64,000 nucleotides of DNA from Macrostomum lignano. Lineage: Eukaryota. Position numbers and translations under genes: made by a program. Positions 1 through 12,527 of the stretch are shown piece by piece (position 1 is the first letter of the stretch; the number at the start of each line of letters is the position of its first letter). The stretch is taken from positions 43,428 to 107,427 of the forward strand of contig NIVC01002884.1 of assembly GCA_002269645.1 (NCBI GenBank), given 5' to 3'. The notes under the pieces were generated by a model. The model saw nothing but the letters and a program-made list of their open reading frames with translations. It made no database searches and was not told the origin of the DNA.

Positions 1-779
1 CATCACAAATAGTAATCTGCACTATATATACATGTATGGTTATCTGCTTATTATCCTAAATGTTTCGCCTGCAGTTTGCTTCCTCTTTCAAATTGAATAG
101 ATTAAAGAATTACAAGGGTTAATGGCGTCAATGTGATAACCAGGAGTACAAAAATTGCCCACGCGAAGTTTGCCAGCCGAATTTTGCAAATCGATGATTG
201 CCGAAGTGCACATAACATTTCCCTGGTTCTTTGACTCTAGTATGTCATTGTAAGATTGTAATACGAGTATAGCAACATGCGTTTAAGGTCGAAAATTAGA
301 CTATCGATCAATGGAAACTCGAGGCTACAACTAAATATAACTCGTACGCTAGTAGCATGTAATTTAGGTGCGTTATGTACATGTATGCCGATGCTTGCTT
401 TAATTTGTTAAAACGATGAGTGGGTGGGAAATCCAAGATGCGGGCAAATTAAGCGGGCAATCCTTGGTGGCAAATTTCCCACGGGCAATTTTCATAGACC
501 CGATGATATAATCTCTCTAATCGTTCAGTCCGCGTCATCCCTTTTTTCTTGATATCACCCTCCAACTCTTGTGAGTTTTGCCCCCCCCCCCGAATGAGCA
601 GTCTAATCTAAATATACTAAATCTCTAATATTTGTATGCTTGTCCATAACGCTCTAGTCCTATATACTAAATCCATAATACTAAAAAAGGTTTGTTGGTA
701 TGTGATCGAGTTCTGAAAAATTTTAATCTTAATAAAAGAGGATAAATGAAGTGCAGTTCATATAAGCGCAGCTTGTGGC

Positions 780-1163
780 CAAGGACCACTAGAAGTCTAG
801 AAGTTACCGTTGTATCAGGACGTAACACACTTAAATATTGCAAAATTATTTGAAGGCCCGCTTGTTTGCATCGCAGCTAAACTTTGGATCAGCTGCACTT
901 AAAATGACAATTTTTCGCCAGGTTGTTTGCAATTTCGTTTGCTTTAAGTTGACGCAAAGTTTGGCCTTATATCTACATGTAGGCGTGTAGAATAATGGCT
1001 TTACGCAATATTTCTTGCAGTTAAAAAGAATAAAGCTGGAGAGTCATTTTAACTATCATAAACATCGCTAAATACACTGTAAAACAGCGATCCTTCAAAT
1101 AATAATTTTGCAATACTTAAGAGTGTTACGTCCCGATGCAATGGTAACTTCTAGTGGTCCTTG
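780..1163. mobile_element. MITE / non-autonomous DNA transposon with about 80-bp imperfect TIRs
   Basis: CAAGGACCACTAGAAG...GGACGTAACACACTTAAATATTGCAAAATTATTTGAAGG at 780-856 is the reverse complement of about 1090-1163, with a few substitutions and indels. No coding capacity and no clean TSD. Confidence 0.7.
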
Positions 1164-3211
1164 AGTGTGACCCCTCCCGGTAAGACAAAACAGACTTTTT
1201 ATTTATTTTTCCTATATTTCTTCCTCTTTTGACTTTGTCCTCCAATTACCAGTCATCAAGATTGGACACAAGCTTACGAGTCTGCTAGTCTGCCAGTCTG
1301 CTGCTCATCCAAATCTCTTCCACCTGTTGAAGCTTTTACTCGGATCTGTGAAGAGTCCGTACACTCTCAAAACAGTAATCACCTTTCTGTCGCTGCTAAG
1401 TCGCTACTTGCTGCAGCCTCATCATCCGTGACGCATATCGGGGACCGCCGCTCCCTCCCTATCCCACTTGGCAAGCTGTGGGCAGTCCAGTACTCGAACT
1501 CTGAATGTTCCGCCTGCGATCGGTCCGCAGGGATGGAAGCGTAAAATATACAACAAAACCATTATCCATCAAGATAAAAATATTGCAATAATCCTAAATC
1601 CAAACTAAATACATTAACAGGTCGTATGACATTTATAAATTTCTCTGATTCATACTGACCAAACCTAATGACCTTTAACAAGAGGAGAAAAAGGACCACT
1701 TATAAGTAGGACGCGACACTGCTTATTCTCTAGCATATTCTAGCGTCACTTTCTCTAGCCTCGCTTGCTGTCTGGTAACATAAAAATACATATACTCAGC
1801 AACATTCAAAACCGCCGACCAAGAGCATTGCCTTTCCAACTCTCACTCAGACGCACTGGGTCAGACGCAGTTTGCAAGCTACGCTGACACTAATGAAGCA
1901 GTACTAGCTAGCAGAGACCAAAAATTAAAAAAGAAAAACTCAAAACAAACCATTGATTTATCTGGTCTGTCCTCGCTCTGTTTTGCAAAATGATCACATA
2001 ATTGAAATACAAAAATGATTCTGGCACTTTTGTTATTGTACAGGTAGGTTTTATAGGTATTCGGTAGTACGCTCTTGTTAATACGAGGGGTCACATGCGG
2101 AATTATTAGTCAAATAACAATAATTCATATACTACTTACTAAACAGTAGTTTTGAAGTTATTTGCATCAAGCGGTTCCCTTTGATGCGATAAACTTCACA
2201 AAGAAGCTGTCCTTAATTTTTATTCGGCACACACAACCGGTAACTTTATCAGGCATTAATAATTTTATCAATGTTCATTAAATTTGAAATTCGAAGTATA
2301 ATAAAATAATTTCGCCATGATTGGACGATTGCAGCGTTCTACTCTTAAAGGAACATAAAAATAAATAATATGAGAGGTCTGTAGTGGGCTTTCTATGGGC
2401 TGGAAAATAGCCTATGCCAATAGGAAGCTTGCCCTAGATATAATCAATACTAACTGCTGTAGCTAAACTAATTATTAAATATGAATATAGATTTCAAGCA
2501 ATAAGGATTACTACAGTATGCTGCATCTCAATCAATATTTCTATTAAACTAATTCAAAAGCTGTCCTTATTAATGCGACACCTGACTTTATGATCTATAA
2601 ATTTAACTTCTATTGCTGTTTAGCAATGGATTGGAATTTCCAACATCCCAAATCTTCAGATTCTCAAACTATACAATCTACCTCTACACAAAAGATGGAA
2701 TATGGTAACTGATTAAACAGCTCATACAGTACTTTACAAACAGAGCTTATGGTATATGAGCATAAACAATCTTAGGGCAGAAAGAAAAAAACAAAATCTA
2801 TGAGTGAGTGCATCAGGAAATTGCACTAACTGTCAGCATAAACAGTTCATACATAGAGAAAATAAAACTTTAACTAAATAATTACACCAATTGTTTGTAA
2901 ATCTTTGTGCAACCATAGTATTCATCATTAAAAAGGCCTCAAATCAATTTAGCCGCCCTAGATGAAAATTGAACATTCAATGAAGCCAAAAATGGAAGCA
3001 AGATTTAACAAGCTAGTCTATGTACCTGCTGTATGGGCTTGCTGGAACATGCTCGGAGGTGCATATGAGCAGAATGGGAATATATAAGAATACGAATAGC
3101 ACTGCACAGATGCTTGCAAAAAGCTTTGCTAATGGACGAGTGTGATTCGTTCTGACGGGCAATGCTCTGCTTTTGAAGAATTATCCGTGATTTTTGACGT
3201 GGAAACACATG

Positions 3212-6200
3212 TTACAGCTGCCTGAAATTCAATAATAATAGTGGCCTCGTTAAACATGCAATTTTTTTTTCAAATTAAGGCAGGAATGTCACACAATGAA
3301 TGGGTGACAGATACAGATACAGAATGTGTGACAGGTAGAGACACAGAATCGGTGACAAGTACGAGTAGAGACACAGAGTGAATGACAGGTAGAGACACAG
3401 AGTGGGTGACAGGTTAAAGACGCAGACTGGGCGACAAGTAAAGACAGAATGTGTGACAGGTTAGAGACACAGAGTGGATGAAGTGGATGACAGGTAGAGA
3501 CAGAATGGGTGACAGGTAGAGACACAGAATGGGTGACAGGTAGAGACACAGAATCGGTGACAGGTAGAGACAGAATGGGTGACAGGTACAGACACAGAAT
3601 CGGTGACAGGTAGAGACACAGAAAGGGTGACAGGTAGAGACACAGAATCGGTGACAGGTAGAGACAGAATGGGTGACAGGTAGAGACACAGAATCGGTGA
3701 CAGGTAGAGACACAGAATCGGTGACAGGTAGAGACAGAATGGGTGACAGGTACAGACACAGAATCGGTGACAGGTAGAGCACAGAATCGGTGACAGGTAG
3801 AGACAGAATGGGTGACAGGTACAGACACAAAATGAAACTCACCTGTTGTCAATCACCAGCGGATTAACCTGAGATCCAGCCGCCGCCGCCGTAGCGGTGG
3901 CAGTGGCGGCCGCCCGCCCGCTCTCGCCGCTCAAATACCATTTGAAGGTTTCGTACACCAGCCAGGAGATGGCGGTGCCGGGCATCTGGAAGACAACGCG
4001 AGCTTGGACGCCTTTGAAGTAGCCGGCGAAGCCCTCAAGTCTGTAGACGGTGCGCAGGGCGCTGCCGATTGAAGCTACGGGGCGGAGTCGGCCGGCCGCT
4101 TGCAGTGCGCACTGCTCCTGTGGAGAGTGGGGACGGGACCAGAGGGAGAAAATGTTTCAATGTGAGGGCAATTCTTTGGGTATCTGTGGGGCGATTTTTA
4201 GGGTATATGTGGGGCGATTCTAGGGGTATCTGTGGGGCGATTCTTGGGGTATCTGTGGGGCGATTCTTGGGGCATCTGTGGGGCGATTCTTGGGGTATCT
4301 GTGGGGCGATTCTTGGGGTATCTGTGGGGCGATTCATTGGATATTTATTGAAAGACTTCTAGTGTACCTCTAGGCGGAATTCTTTAAAGTACACGCCATT
4401 CTAAGGCCGCATGCAGGGCAATTTCAAATATTCTGACAGGCTATGTAATAGGCTACTCACCTGAGTATTAAGCAGAGTCTTGCACACGTCCAGAGGATTA
4501 GTGCAAGCCGCAGCGCAGGCGCCGGCAATAGCGCCGCTAATCACGTGAGTGCTAGGCGCGTAATGCCGCTCAGAATTCACATAGTCCTGAGCCAGTTCGT
4601 AAGCGTTGAAGTGTACAACGTGGAAAGGTATATTCATTACTAGCTGGGTTGTGTAGGCCCGGTAGAGTGCGGCCAGGCCTTCGCTTCGAAGTACAGCGCG
4701 AAAACAGTCGAGAGAGTTGGAGTAGGGCGAGCGATACACTTGAACTCGCTGCTTCACGGCTGGTTGGGAGATTGAAAATCAGATATTGCATATAGTCTCA
4801 TGGAAGAACCATGCAGTAAAAGAACACTTATAATTGTTTGGGCAATGTATTAGATGCTGGTATTAACAGTAGAAAGACCACGTTATTTTTCCACATGGGG
4901 AAAGACCACGGGGGTGTATTACAAATACACACGACCCATCTCACGATAGCTCGCAAACCGAATTACCGATTCGTAAAAGTCCTCCAAACGGATCAAAATT
5001 TCAACCCTTTCCGACGAACTAACTTTCAAAGTCATCCGACGTCAGCATCGTCGAGATATTCAACGATTCTTGTTGAAGACACTGGTGGCAAGGACAACCA
5101 ACACAACACTGTATAAACCCTTATGGTGAATCCATATTGGCTCAATAATCTGGGTCCATCTGTCTTAGAGGCCTTTGTTCTCAGCATCCCAGGCACCAGG
5201 GTCCCCTTCATCACCGTCTGGAGCATCGGCGGCGACCGTCGGGACCTACAACAAAAGCACCCCATCGGCATTTCATCGGCGTTCCCAAAGCTGAAATGGA
5301 AGAATCCTCTTCTGCATGCAGCATTCAGTCAGTGGACACAATCGGTGAATGAAATGGACGATGGCGACCCTCTAGGCTGACCTGTAGACATACAGGCGAC
5401 CTTCGGGACCTTCAACGGAGTGCCACCACGCGGCCCTGACGAGCTGGCACCCCCAACATCGTGATTTTTCTATCAAGGCACCAAACCAAATTTTAAATTG
5501 GAGAGCTACAGATTTAATTGGCGACTGAAAAATATAAAATATTTAAATTTCAAAAATGAAATCTGTAACTCTCCAATTTAACATGGGGCAAAAGCATTGT
5601 ATAATATGCAGACATGCCTGGTTTGGTGCCTTGATAGAAAAATCACGATGTTGGGGGTGCCAGCAACTGAGGATCTGGGAGGGACAGCCTAATTAGGCAA
5701 TCAACACATTTATTGGCCATGAACTGACACGGGACACAAATTACTCATTTATTTACCTATTTGTTAGGTTAGGAAAAAATTAAAGGCTACGGAATAATAT
5801 ATGAAAAATCGAGTCATAATTTAAACCGGTAAACCGGGAGTCGTTATCAAACGAATGGGAATAATTTGTCAAATTAAAATATTGTTGACTTTTTGTGACA
5901 AATGGTTTACATTAGATAAAGTGCTATTTTTACTACTGACTGATAGTGTTAGTAGCATCAGTAGCATATCAGTGTAAAACCTTAGCACTAGGGGTGTGCC
6001 GCTTAAAATTAAGATTAGATAGCGCAAAAAACTGACTGAAAAAACATAGCGAGCAACTATTTGTCATTAATAATATAGAATTCTATTCAACGCGTAACTA
6101 AATGCAGTAAGCCAAAGATAGAGCGAACACACAAACCCCACTATCTGTTTTTTTTGGCACATACATGTACATACATAGTACCGGTCTAGAAAGCTTTCTT

Positions 6201-8600
6201 ACAGATAGAAAACCAAATCTACTAACCTTCGATCCAATACCAGACAGCACTGCACTGCCTGCTTTACTTTTACTAATCAAAGCCAACGGCAATGAAAATA
6301 GCAAAATAAAACCAAGCCCCATTATAGATTTTAATTTACTTGCATGCTTAGGCATAACGCAAAAAAGGCGAGGAAACCCCACTAAGCCAGTAGCTGTCTT
6401 ATTAAATCAATAAAGCATAAACGCTACATTCAAGGACGATCAGTGTTAACCCCCCCCCCATAAGCAATAAGCAGTTTTATTACAAGAGGAACAATGGAAA
6501 TTTATTGCAGTATAGAAAACACACACAGAGCAGGTGGACTCATTTCTGTACTGGATCATGTGACAACGAATAAGCATACTTGCGTTTTCCATTTGGAATA
6601 ATGTATACAATTAACTACGAGCTGAACTGCGAATAAATAAGAGCGCCGAAAACTGTCTATGATATTTGAACTTATAGAAAACTGCGCCCGTAGTTCTTTT
6701 AACTAGATTATAGATTTGAAGCCGCAAAAAAAGCTTCTAAATCAGTAGCCCAGCAATTGAGGATCTGACTGGCCCAGCAACTGAGGACCTGGGAAGCTGG
6801 CCCAGCAACTGAGGATCTAAGAGGGTGGCCGAGCAACTGAGGATCTAAGAGGGTGGCCGAGCAACTGAGGATCTAAGAGGGTGGCCCAGCAATTGAGGAT
6901 CTAAGAGGGTGGCCGAGCAACTGAGGATCTAAGAGGGTGGCCGAGCAATTGAGGATCTAAGAGGATGGCCGAGCAATTGAGGATCTAAGAGGGTGGCCGA
7001 GCAACTGAGGATCTAAGAGGGTGGCCGAGCAATTGAGGATCTAAGAGGGTGGCCGAGCAATTGAGGATCTAAGAGGGTGGCCGAGCAACTGAGGATCTAA
7101 GAGGGTGGCCGAGCAATTGAGGATCTAAGAGGGTGGCCGAGCAACTGAGGATCTAAGAGGGTGGCCGAGCAACTGAGGATCTAAGAGGGTGGCCGAGCAA
7201 CTGAGGATCTAAGAGGGTGGCCGAGCAACTGAGGATCTAAGAGGGTGGCCGAGCAACTGAGGATCTAAGAGGGTGGCCGAGCAACTGAGGATCTAAGAGG
7301 GTGGCCGAGCAACTGAGGATCTAAGAGGGTGGCCGAGCAACTGAGGTTCTAAGAGGGTGGCCGAGCAACTGAGGATCTAAGAGGGTGGCCGAGCAATTGA
7401 GGATCTAAGAGGATGGCCGAGCAATTGAGGATCTAAGAGGGTGGCCGAGCAACTGAGGATCTAAGAGGGTGGCCGAGCAATTGAGGATCTAAGAGGGTGG
7501 CCGAGCAATTGAGGATCTAAGAGGGTGGCCGAGCAACTGAGGATCTAAGAGGGTGGCCGAGCAATTGAGGATCTAAGAGGGTGGCCGAGCAATTGAGGAT
7601 CTAAGAGGGTGGCCGAGCAACTGAGGATCTAAGAGGGTGGCCGAGCAACTGAGGATCTAAGAGGGTGGCCGAGCAACTGAGGATCTAAGAGGGTGGCCGA
7701 GCAACTGAGGATCTAAGAGGGTGGCCGAGCAACTGAGGATCTAAGAGGGTGGCCGAGCAACTGAGGATCTAAGAGGGTGGCCGAGCAACTGAGGATCTAA
7801 GAGGGTGGCCGAGCAATTGAGGATCTAAGAGGGTGGCCGAGCAACTGAGGATCTAAGAGGGTGGCCGAGCAACTGAGGATCTAAGAGGGTGGCCGAGCAA
7901 CTGAGGATCTAAGAGGGTGGCCGAGCAACTGAGGATCTAAGAGGGTGGCCGAGCAACTGAGGATCTAAGAGGGTGGCCGAGCAATTGAGGATCTAAGAGG
8001 GTGGCCGAGCAATTGAGGATCTAAGAGGGTGGCCGAGCAACTGAGGATCTAAGAGGGTGGCCGAGCAACTGAGGATCTAAGAGGGTGGCCGAGCAACTGA
8101 GGATCTAAGAGGGTGGCCGAGCAACTGAGGATCTAAGAGGGTGGCCGAGCAACTGAGGATCCGGAAGTGTAGCGGCAGTTCCTGTATGGTCACTCACCAT
8201 CCGCAGGTGTCATGATGGAATCGTGCAGGACGGTGGCACCAACAGCGCTCAGCCCGTAGCCAATCTGATCATTGAAGCCACGCCTAGCGCAGGCCAGCTT
8301 CATCTGCTCGTAGGAGGCAAAGTAGAGCGCGTGCGCCGGACCGGCGCCAAATACAACGGCGCCAACGCCGCGCAGAGTCCGGCCGATGCCTTCGGTGACA
8401 ACGATGGTGCGCAGGCCGTCTAGAAGGCCGCGATATCTGGCGCCTTCGAGCGGGCGCAGGCACTGCAGGCGGGTTTTGACGCAGTCAACCGGATAGACCA
8501 GGGTGTGCTCCATAACACCGGCGCAGGCCCCGGCAATCATGTGCTGAGCGGCCGAGCTCTGCTCGAGTAGAGACTCATATTCGTCTGGCTCTGAGCCCAT
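3212..8600 (-). CDS. mfrn: Mitoferrin (mitochondrial iron carrier, SLC25A28/SLC25A37 family), 3-4 exons, about 326-328 aa
   Basis: Exons 8600-8198, 4759-4461 and 4117-3843 (stop at 3839 if unspliced), plus a probable micro-exon 3221-3212. All junctions are GT-AG and in frame. Three SLC25 signature repeats ([33 protein letters not shown]) and mitoferrin-typical segments [48 protein letters not shown]. Confidence 0.93.
3290..3830. repeat. Minisatellite, 22-24-bp unit (GTGACAGGTAGAGACACAGAATCG)
   Basis: About 20 tandem degenerate copies immediately downstream of mitoferrin exon 3. Explains the repetitive ORFs 3289-3852 and 3414-3842. Confidence 0.95.
4170..4335. repeat. Minisatellite, 23-bp unit (TGTGGGGCGATTCTTGGGGTATC)
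   Basis: About 6-7 tandem copies in mitoferrin intron 2. Confidence 0.9.
5443..5664. mobile_element. MITE / foldback element
   Basis: Perfect inverted repeat of about 46 bp (GCTGGCACCCCCAACATCGTGATTTTTCTATCAAGGCACCAAACCA) plus an inner imperfect inverted repeat (TTAAATTGGAGAG.TACAGATTT). Confidence 0.7.
6745..8161. repeat. Satellite array, 28-bp unit (GCAACTGAGGATCTAAGAGGGTGGCCGA), about 50 copies
   Basis: Nearly invariant tandem copies with one recurring C/T variant (AACT/AATT). No spacers. Located in mitoferrin intron 1. Confidence 0.98.
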
Positions 8601-9536
8601 TTTGCTGCTGCGAATTGGGATGAATAGCGGCTAACCCTGAGCTAACCTAATGAGCTGCGGGAATGGCGGTTTTGTTTGTGGCTTGCTGCATTATGAGAGT
8701 TGTGGGGTGTTGTCACCAGGGGACATGTCAATGCTAAGTCCCATGCCCCATCCATGTGACCCATTATGGAAATCAAGAATTTTGCTTCAGATGGTAGATG
8801 TTACAATGAGTGCCTAGCCAATCAGTATTAACAATACCAATTCCCAAAATATAGGTGTTTAGGTGTTAAACTTTAGGATTCTTGGTTTGCCCCCCCCCCC
8901 CTATCATAAAATCCATGTGCTACCCACTGAGAGATATGAAATACATAGTCAATTATATTGCCATGAATCTGAATTACATTGTTAGTTACATTGTTAATTA
9001 TCCTTAATTACATTTCCCATCAAACTTTTCTTTTCAAGATTTGGCTACAGTACGATTTTTTATTAGTAAATAGCACACCAAGCCTTTCCTGCAAAGATTT
9101 TCCCACATTGCTTTCTTCTTATAATGCATTTAGCCACATTGCAAATTTTGTCTATATTAATTTTGCCCCTTGCTTACAAATCCTTATTCTGGTTTAAATG
9201 CTCATTTTTCTTGTGGAAAAGGTTTCAATTTCTGTATATATGTAGGAGTTTGTTATATGTGTATTAGTGAGTGCATTTAGCCATGCCGTCTTTTATGCCC
9301 TAAATCTTTATATTATTATATATTACTAAGTATGGTAGGGGCAAAATGCAAGTTAATGAAAAAATGTTTGCATGGCTAAATGCATTATGTAATAAACAAT
9401 TAAACAAAAAAATAAGCTAGAAACTAAGAAAAACATAGGGTAAATTAAATAGAAATAGCAAATAGTATATCTAAATATACTAATCTCAATTTTAGAATAT
9501 AGGCTTTTTGGTAGTGTCAAAGCATAGATCTATATA

Positions 9537-10098
9537 CCATAGTCCGGATCATGCTGGACTTACGCCAGAGGAAAAATCCAACATTTTTTGGCACTTACGC
9601 CAGACTTACGCCAACCAAAAAAAGGTCCCTCTGACTTATGCCACCCAAAAAAGGTCCCTCACAATTATTGTGAATAGAATAGAATAGAATAGATGATTTA
9701 CAATTAATCGGTGATTAATTAAATTCAGAAGTTGCAAATTCTGAATCAAGAATCAAAGTAAGCATCTTGAAGCTAAAAAACTTTTGCTATCCTATAATAG
9801 ATATTCTGCTATCTCATTTATACAAACTGCAATATTTTAATGAACTTTGTTTTAATGCTGCTCTTTAACATCATAATTAACGCAAATGTGTAATGTTTTA
9901 TAGTGATATATTTGATCGTGAATGATCTCATTTGTGCCAACATTTACGCCACTTGATTTATGCCATGTACTTACACCAAGCACTTATGCCAAGGCACATT
10001 TTGGCCTATACTTACGCCAAGCACTTATGCCAGCCTCCAATCCCAAACCAGATTTACGCCGGAGATCTCCGGCATAAACAACATGATCCGGACTATGG
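9537..10098. mobile_element. MITE with 17-bp perfect TIRs and 8-bp TSD
   Basis: TIR CCATAGTCCGGATCATG at 9537-9553 and its reverse complement at 10082-10098. Direct repeat TCTATATA at 9529-9536 and 10099-10106. Repeated subterminal CTTA(C/T)GCCA motifs. An 8-bp TSD fits hAT/P/Merlin-type mobilisation. Confidence 0.85.
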
Positions 10099-12527
10099 TC
10101 TATATAGCATAGTAAAGTATAATATAGTGATGTATTTAAGTTAGGTTTATATGTTCTAATAGGGATAATATAAATAAATAAAGATTAATTTTTGATTTTA
10201 ATGAAATACATAGTAAAACAAAAAGATATTTTATTTGGCTTTTATATAGACCTTAAGATAGGCCCTAAACATACATGTGCAACTCTTCTGATTTACACTG
10301 GCATTGTGACTTACTTTTTGACCAAAAATGCAACTTACCTATGAAAAAACTCCTAAAGCAAAATTAATGCAATTTTAGGTAAATGGCAGTAGTAACTATG
10401 GCTGTCTTATTAAGGCTATAGTATTATAAAAATATGGTATCAAATGTATTATAGATAGTTTTTAATGATATTTATATTAGCTAGCCAAATAATTAAATAA
10501 ATATTTATTGTTTTTAAAAGCTGCTTCTTAATATAATGTTGCATGTATGCATTCAGGCTATAGAAAAAATCATAGACAAAAGCCATGATAAAAGCCAGAA
10601 CCCTTTGTAAACTTAGATTCTGGTTAGGCCTAAAGGCTAGACTTATCATTAAAATACTCATTGCCATTATATCATATAAACTGTTTAAGGCAAGCTACCT
10701 AATTAAGATAGAACAAAAAAATTTGAGTTTTGACTAATATATTTAAAATAATTTTTTAAATCCCTAGATAAGTTCAAAGCTTTGATATTTTTAGACAAAA
10801 TATATGATAATGTACTAAAGAAAAGGACATGTGCAATTGCTAGCCCATTTGGCAAATTTTGTTGTCAAAAAGTCATAGGACTGACAGTCTCTATCAAATT
10901 AAACTTGCATGCCCAGACTCAGACTCACTGACTCAGAACAAATTTTGGAGATTGCATATATTATATGTTGACATTGATCAGATCCAATATGATATGTCAG
11001 AAAAGGCCTATCATGCCTATAAACTATGATGTAACATTCAATCACTTGCAAAACAAACAAAATTGTATTAGAATTAGAAACAATACTTTCCTATAATGCC
11101 TAGTTACCAATGCACTTAGCACTCCATAGGTTAAAATTCTATAAATATAATAATTCCAAATAAATTTATGGAAAAAAATGCAAGACATTTGAAGATATGA
11201 ATTAAGTTTAATCGTTTTTTGTCAAGTCTTTAAAATCTTTAGTTTAGTATTACAGTTGATTGATGCTAGCCAAAAATCAGTCTAATAATAGAAAGACATA
11301 TTAGACATAATAGAAAGAGATAAAAAACTTAAAAAAATCTTTTGACATGATCCACGATATCAAAAAGCGTAAATTAAAAATTGCAACCTAGTAAATCAAA
11401 TTTTTTATTGTTACTTTACCTTGCAACCGTTTATATACAAAAAGTGTATTAAAGTAAGGAAAAGTTTTACACGGTTAAATAAAAGACGGAAGTAAAAGGC
11501 AAGAAAATAATAGTACTATTCCACGTGTGCACTTTTTTAATATAGTAATTTGAAATCTTTTTCACTGTTTTAGGAATGTATACATGTTATGTATGAATGA
11601 TGGCCATGATATGATAACAAGTTAACAACAACAATAAATCAATGCCATATGTTCAGCTTCTCTTAAAAAGTTTCAGCATTATATAATTTCATATCTTTAG
11701 TAGTTTCATTAAAATATAGACAATTACTATTAGTATGATGTACATAGTTGACTGCAGAATGTATGCATAGAATGTATGTAAGCTATTAATTTAGTATTAA
11801 GCTAATTTTCGATATTGTCCTGTGTTTTTTCTTTTTTAGTCATTGGTATTTTTAGTATTTTATCAGACTAATAGCATTAGGCCTAGTAGTTTGTGATTAA
11901 TGTATTAAAAATTAAAGTTGCGCCATAGCTATGGATACCAATATAGCTACAGGAAGTTACTGATATAGAGGTTTTTTGGCAAAGCATATGGATATGGATA
12001 TGGTTACAGGAACACATACTTGCCATATGTAGTTCCTGTATATAGTGATATCACTTAACTAAGAATTGAAAGACTATTGGCATTAGAGCTATTGATTTGA
12101 TAGGGTTCAAGGTTCAAGTTCAAGCTCAAGCATCAGCGTAGATTATCAATGCCATGTCCACATTGTGGTTGGGGGTGGTAGGGGCTAAAGTTAAGATGAA
12201 TGTTTAAACTTTCAAAGGGAAGCTCTCAAGTCCTTGCATGAATTTGGGGAATTAGCAACAGAGTTTGGATGCCATATGCACACTTTGGTTGGATGGTGGG
12301 AGGCTAATATTAAGATGAATATTTTTACTTTCAATGCAAGGGGAGCTCTTAAGTCCTTGGGATTGGGGACAACAAAGTTTTGATACCATGTGTATATTTG
12401 GGTTGGGTGGTAGGGCTATAGTTGCAATAAACGTTTTTACTTTCAATGTGAGGGGAGCTCTTAAGTTGATAGAATTAGGGACTCAAGCAACAAAGACAGA
12501 AATGTTTGACATTGCATGTATATTAAG

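Noticed and set aside
140-503. Possible MITE (AAAATTGCCC... / ...CGGGCAATTTT)
   Set aside because: The inverted similarity is short and degenerate with no TSD, too weak to list as a feature.
3289-4362. ORFs 3289-3852, 3414-3842, 4035-4337, 4069-4362 and those at 14894-15754
   Set aside because: Translations of minisatellites with no protein-like signal.
4838-5440. GC-richer stretch with short ORFs in mitoferrin intron 1
   Set aside because: No recognisable domain in any frame I read. Possibly an old TE remnant but unsupported.
6745-8161. CRISPR-like array (28-bp repeats)
   Set aside because: Units are directly adjacent with no unique spacers, no cas genes are present, and the context is a eukaryotic intron. 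It is a satellite.
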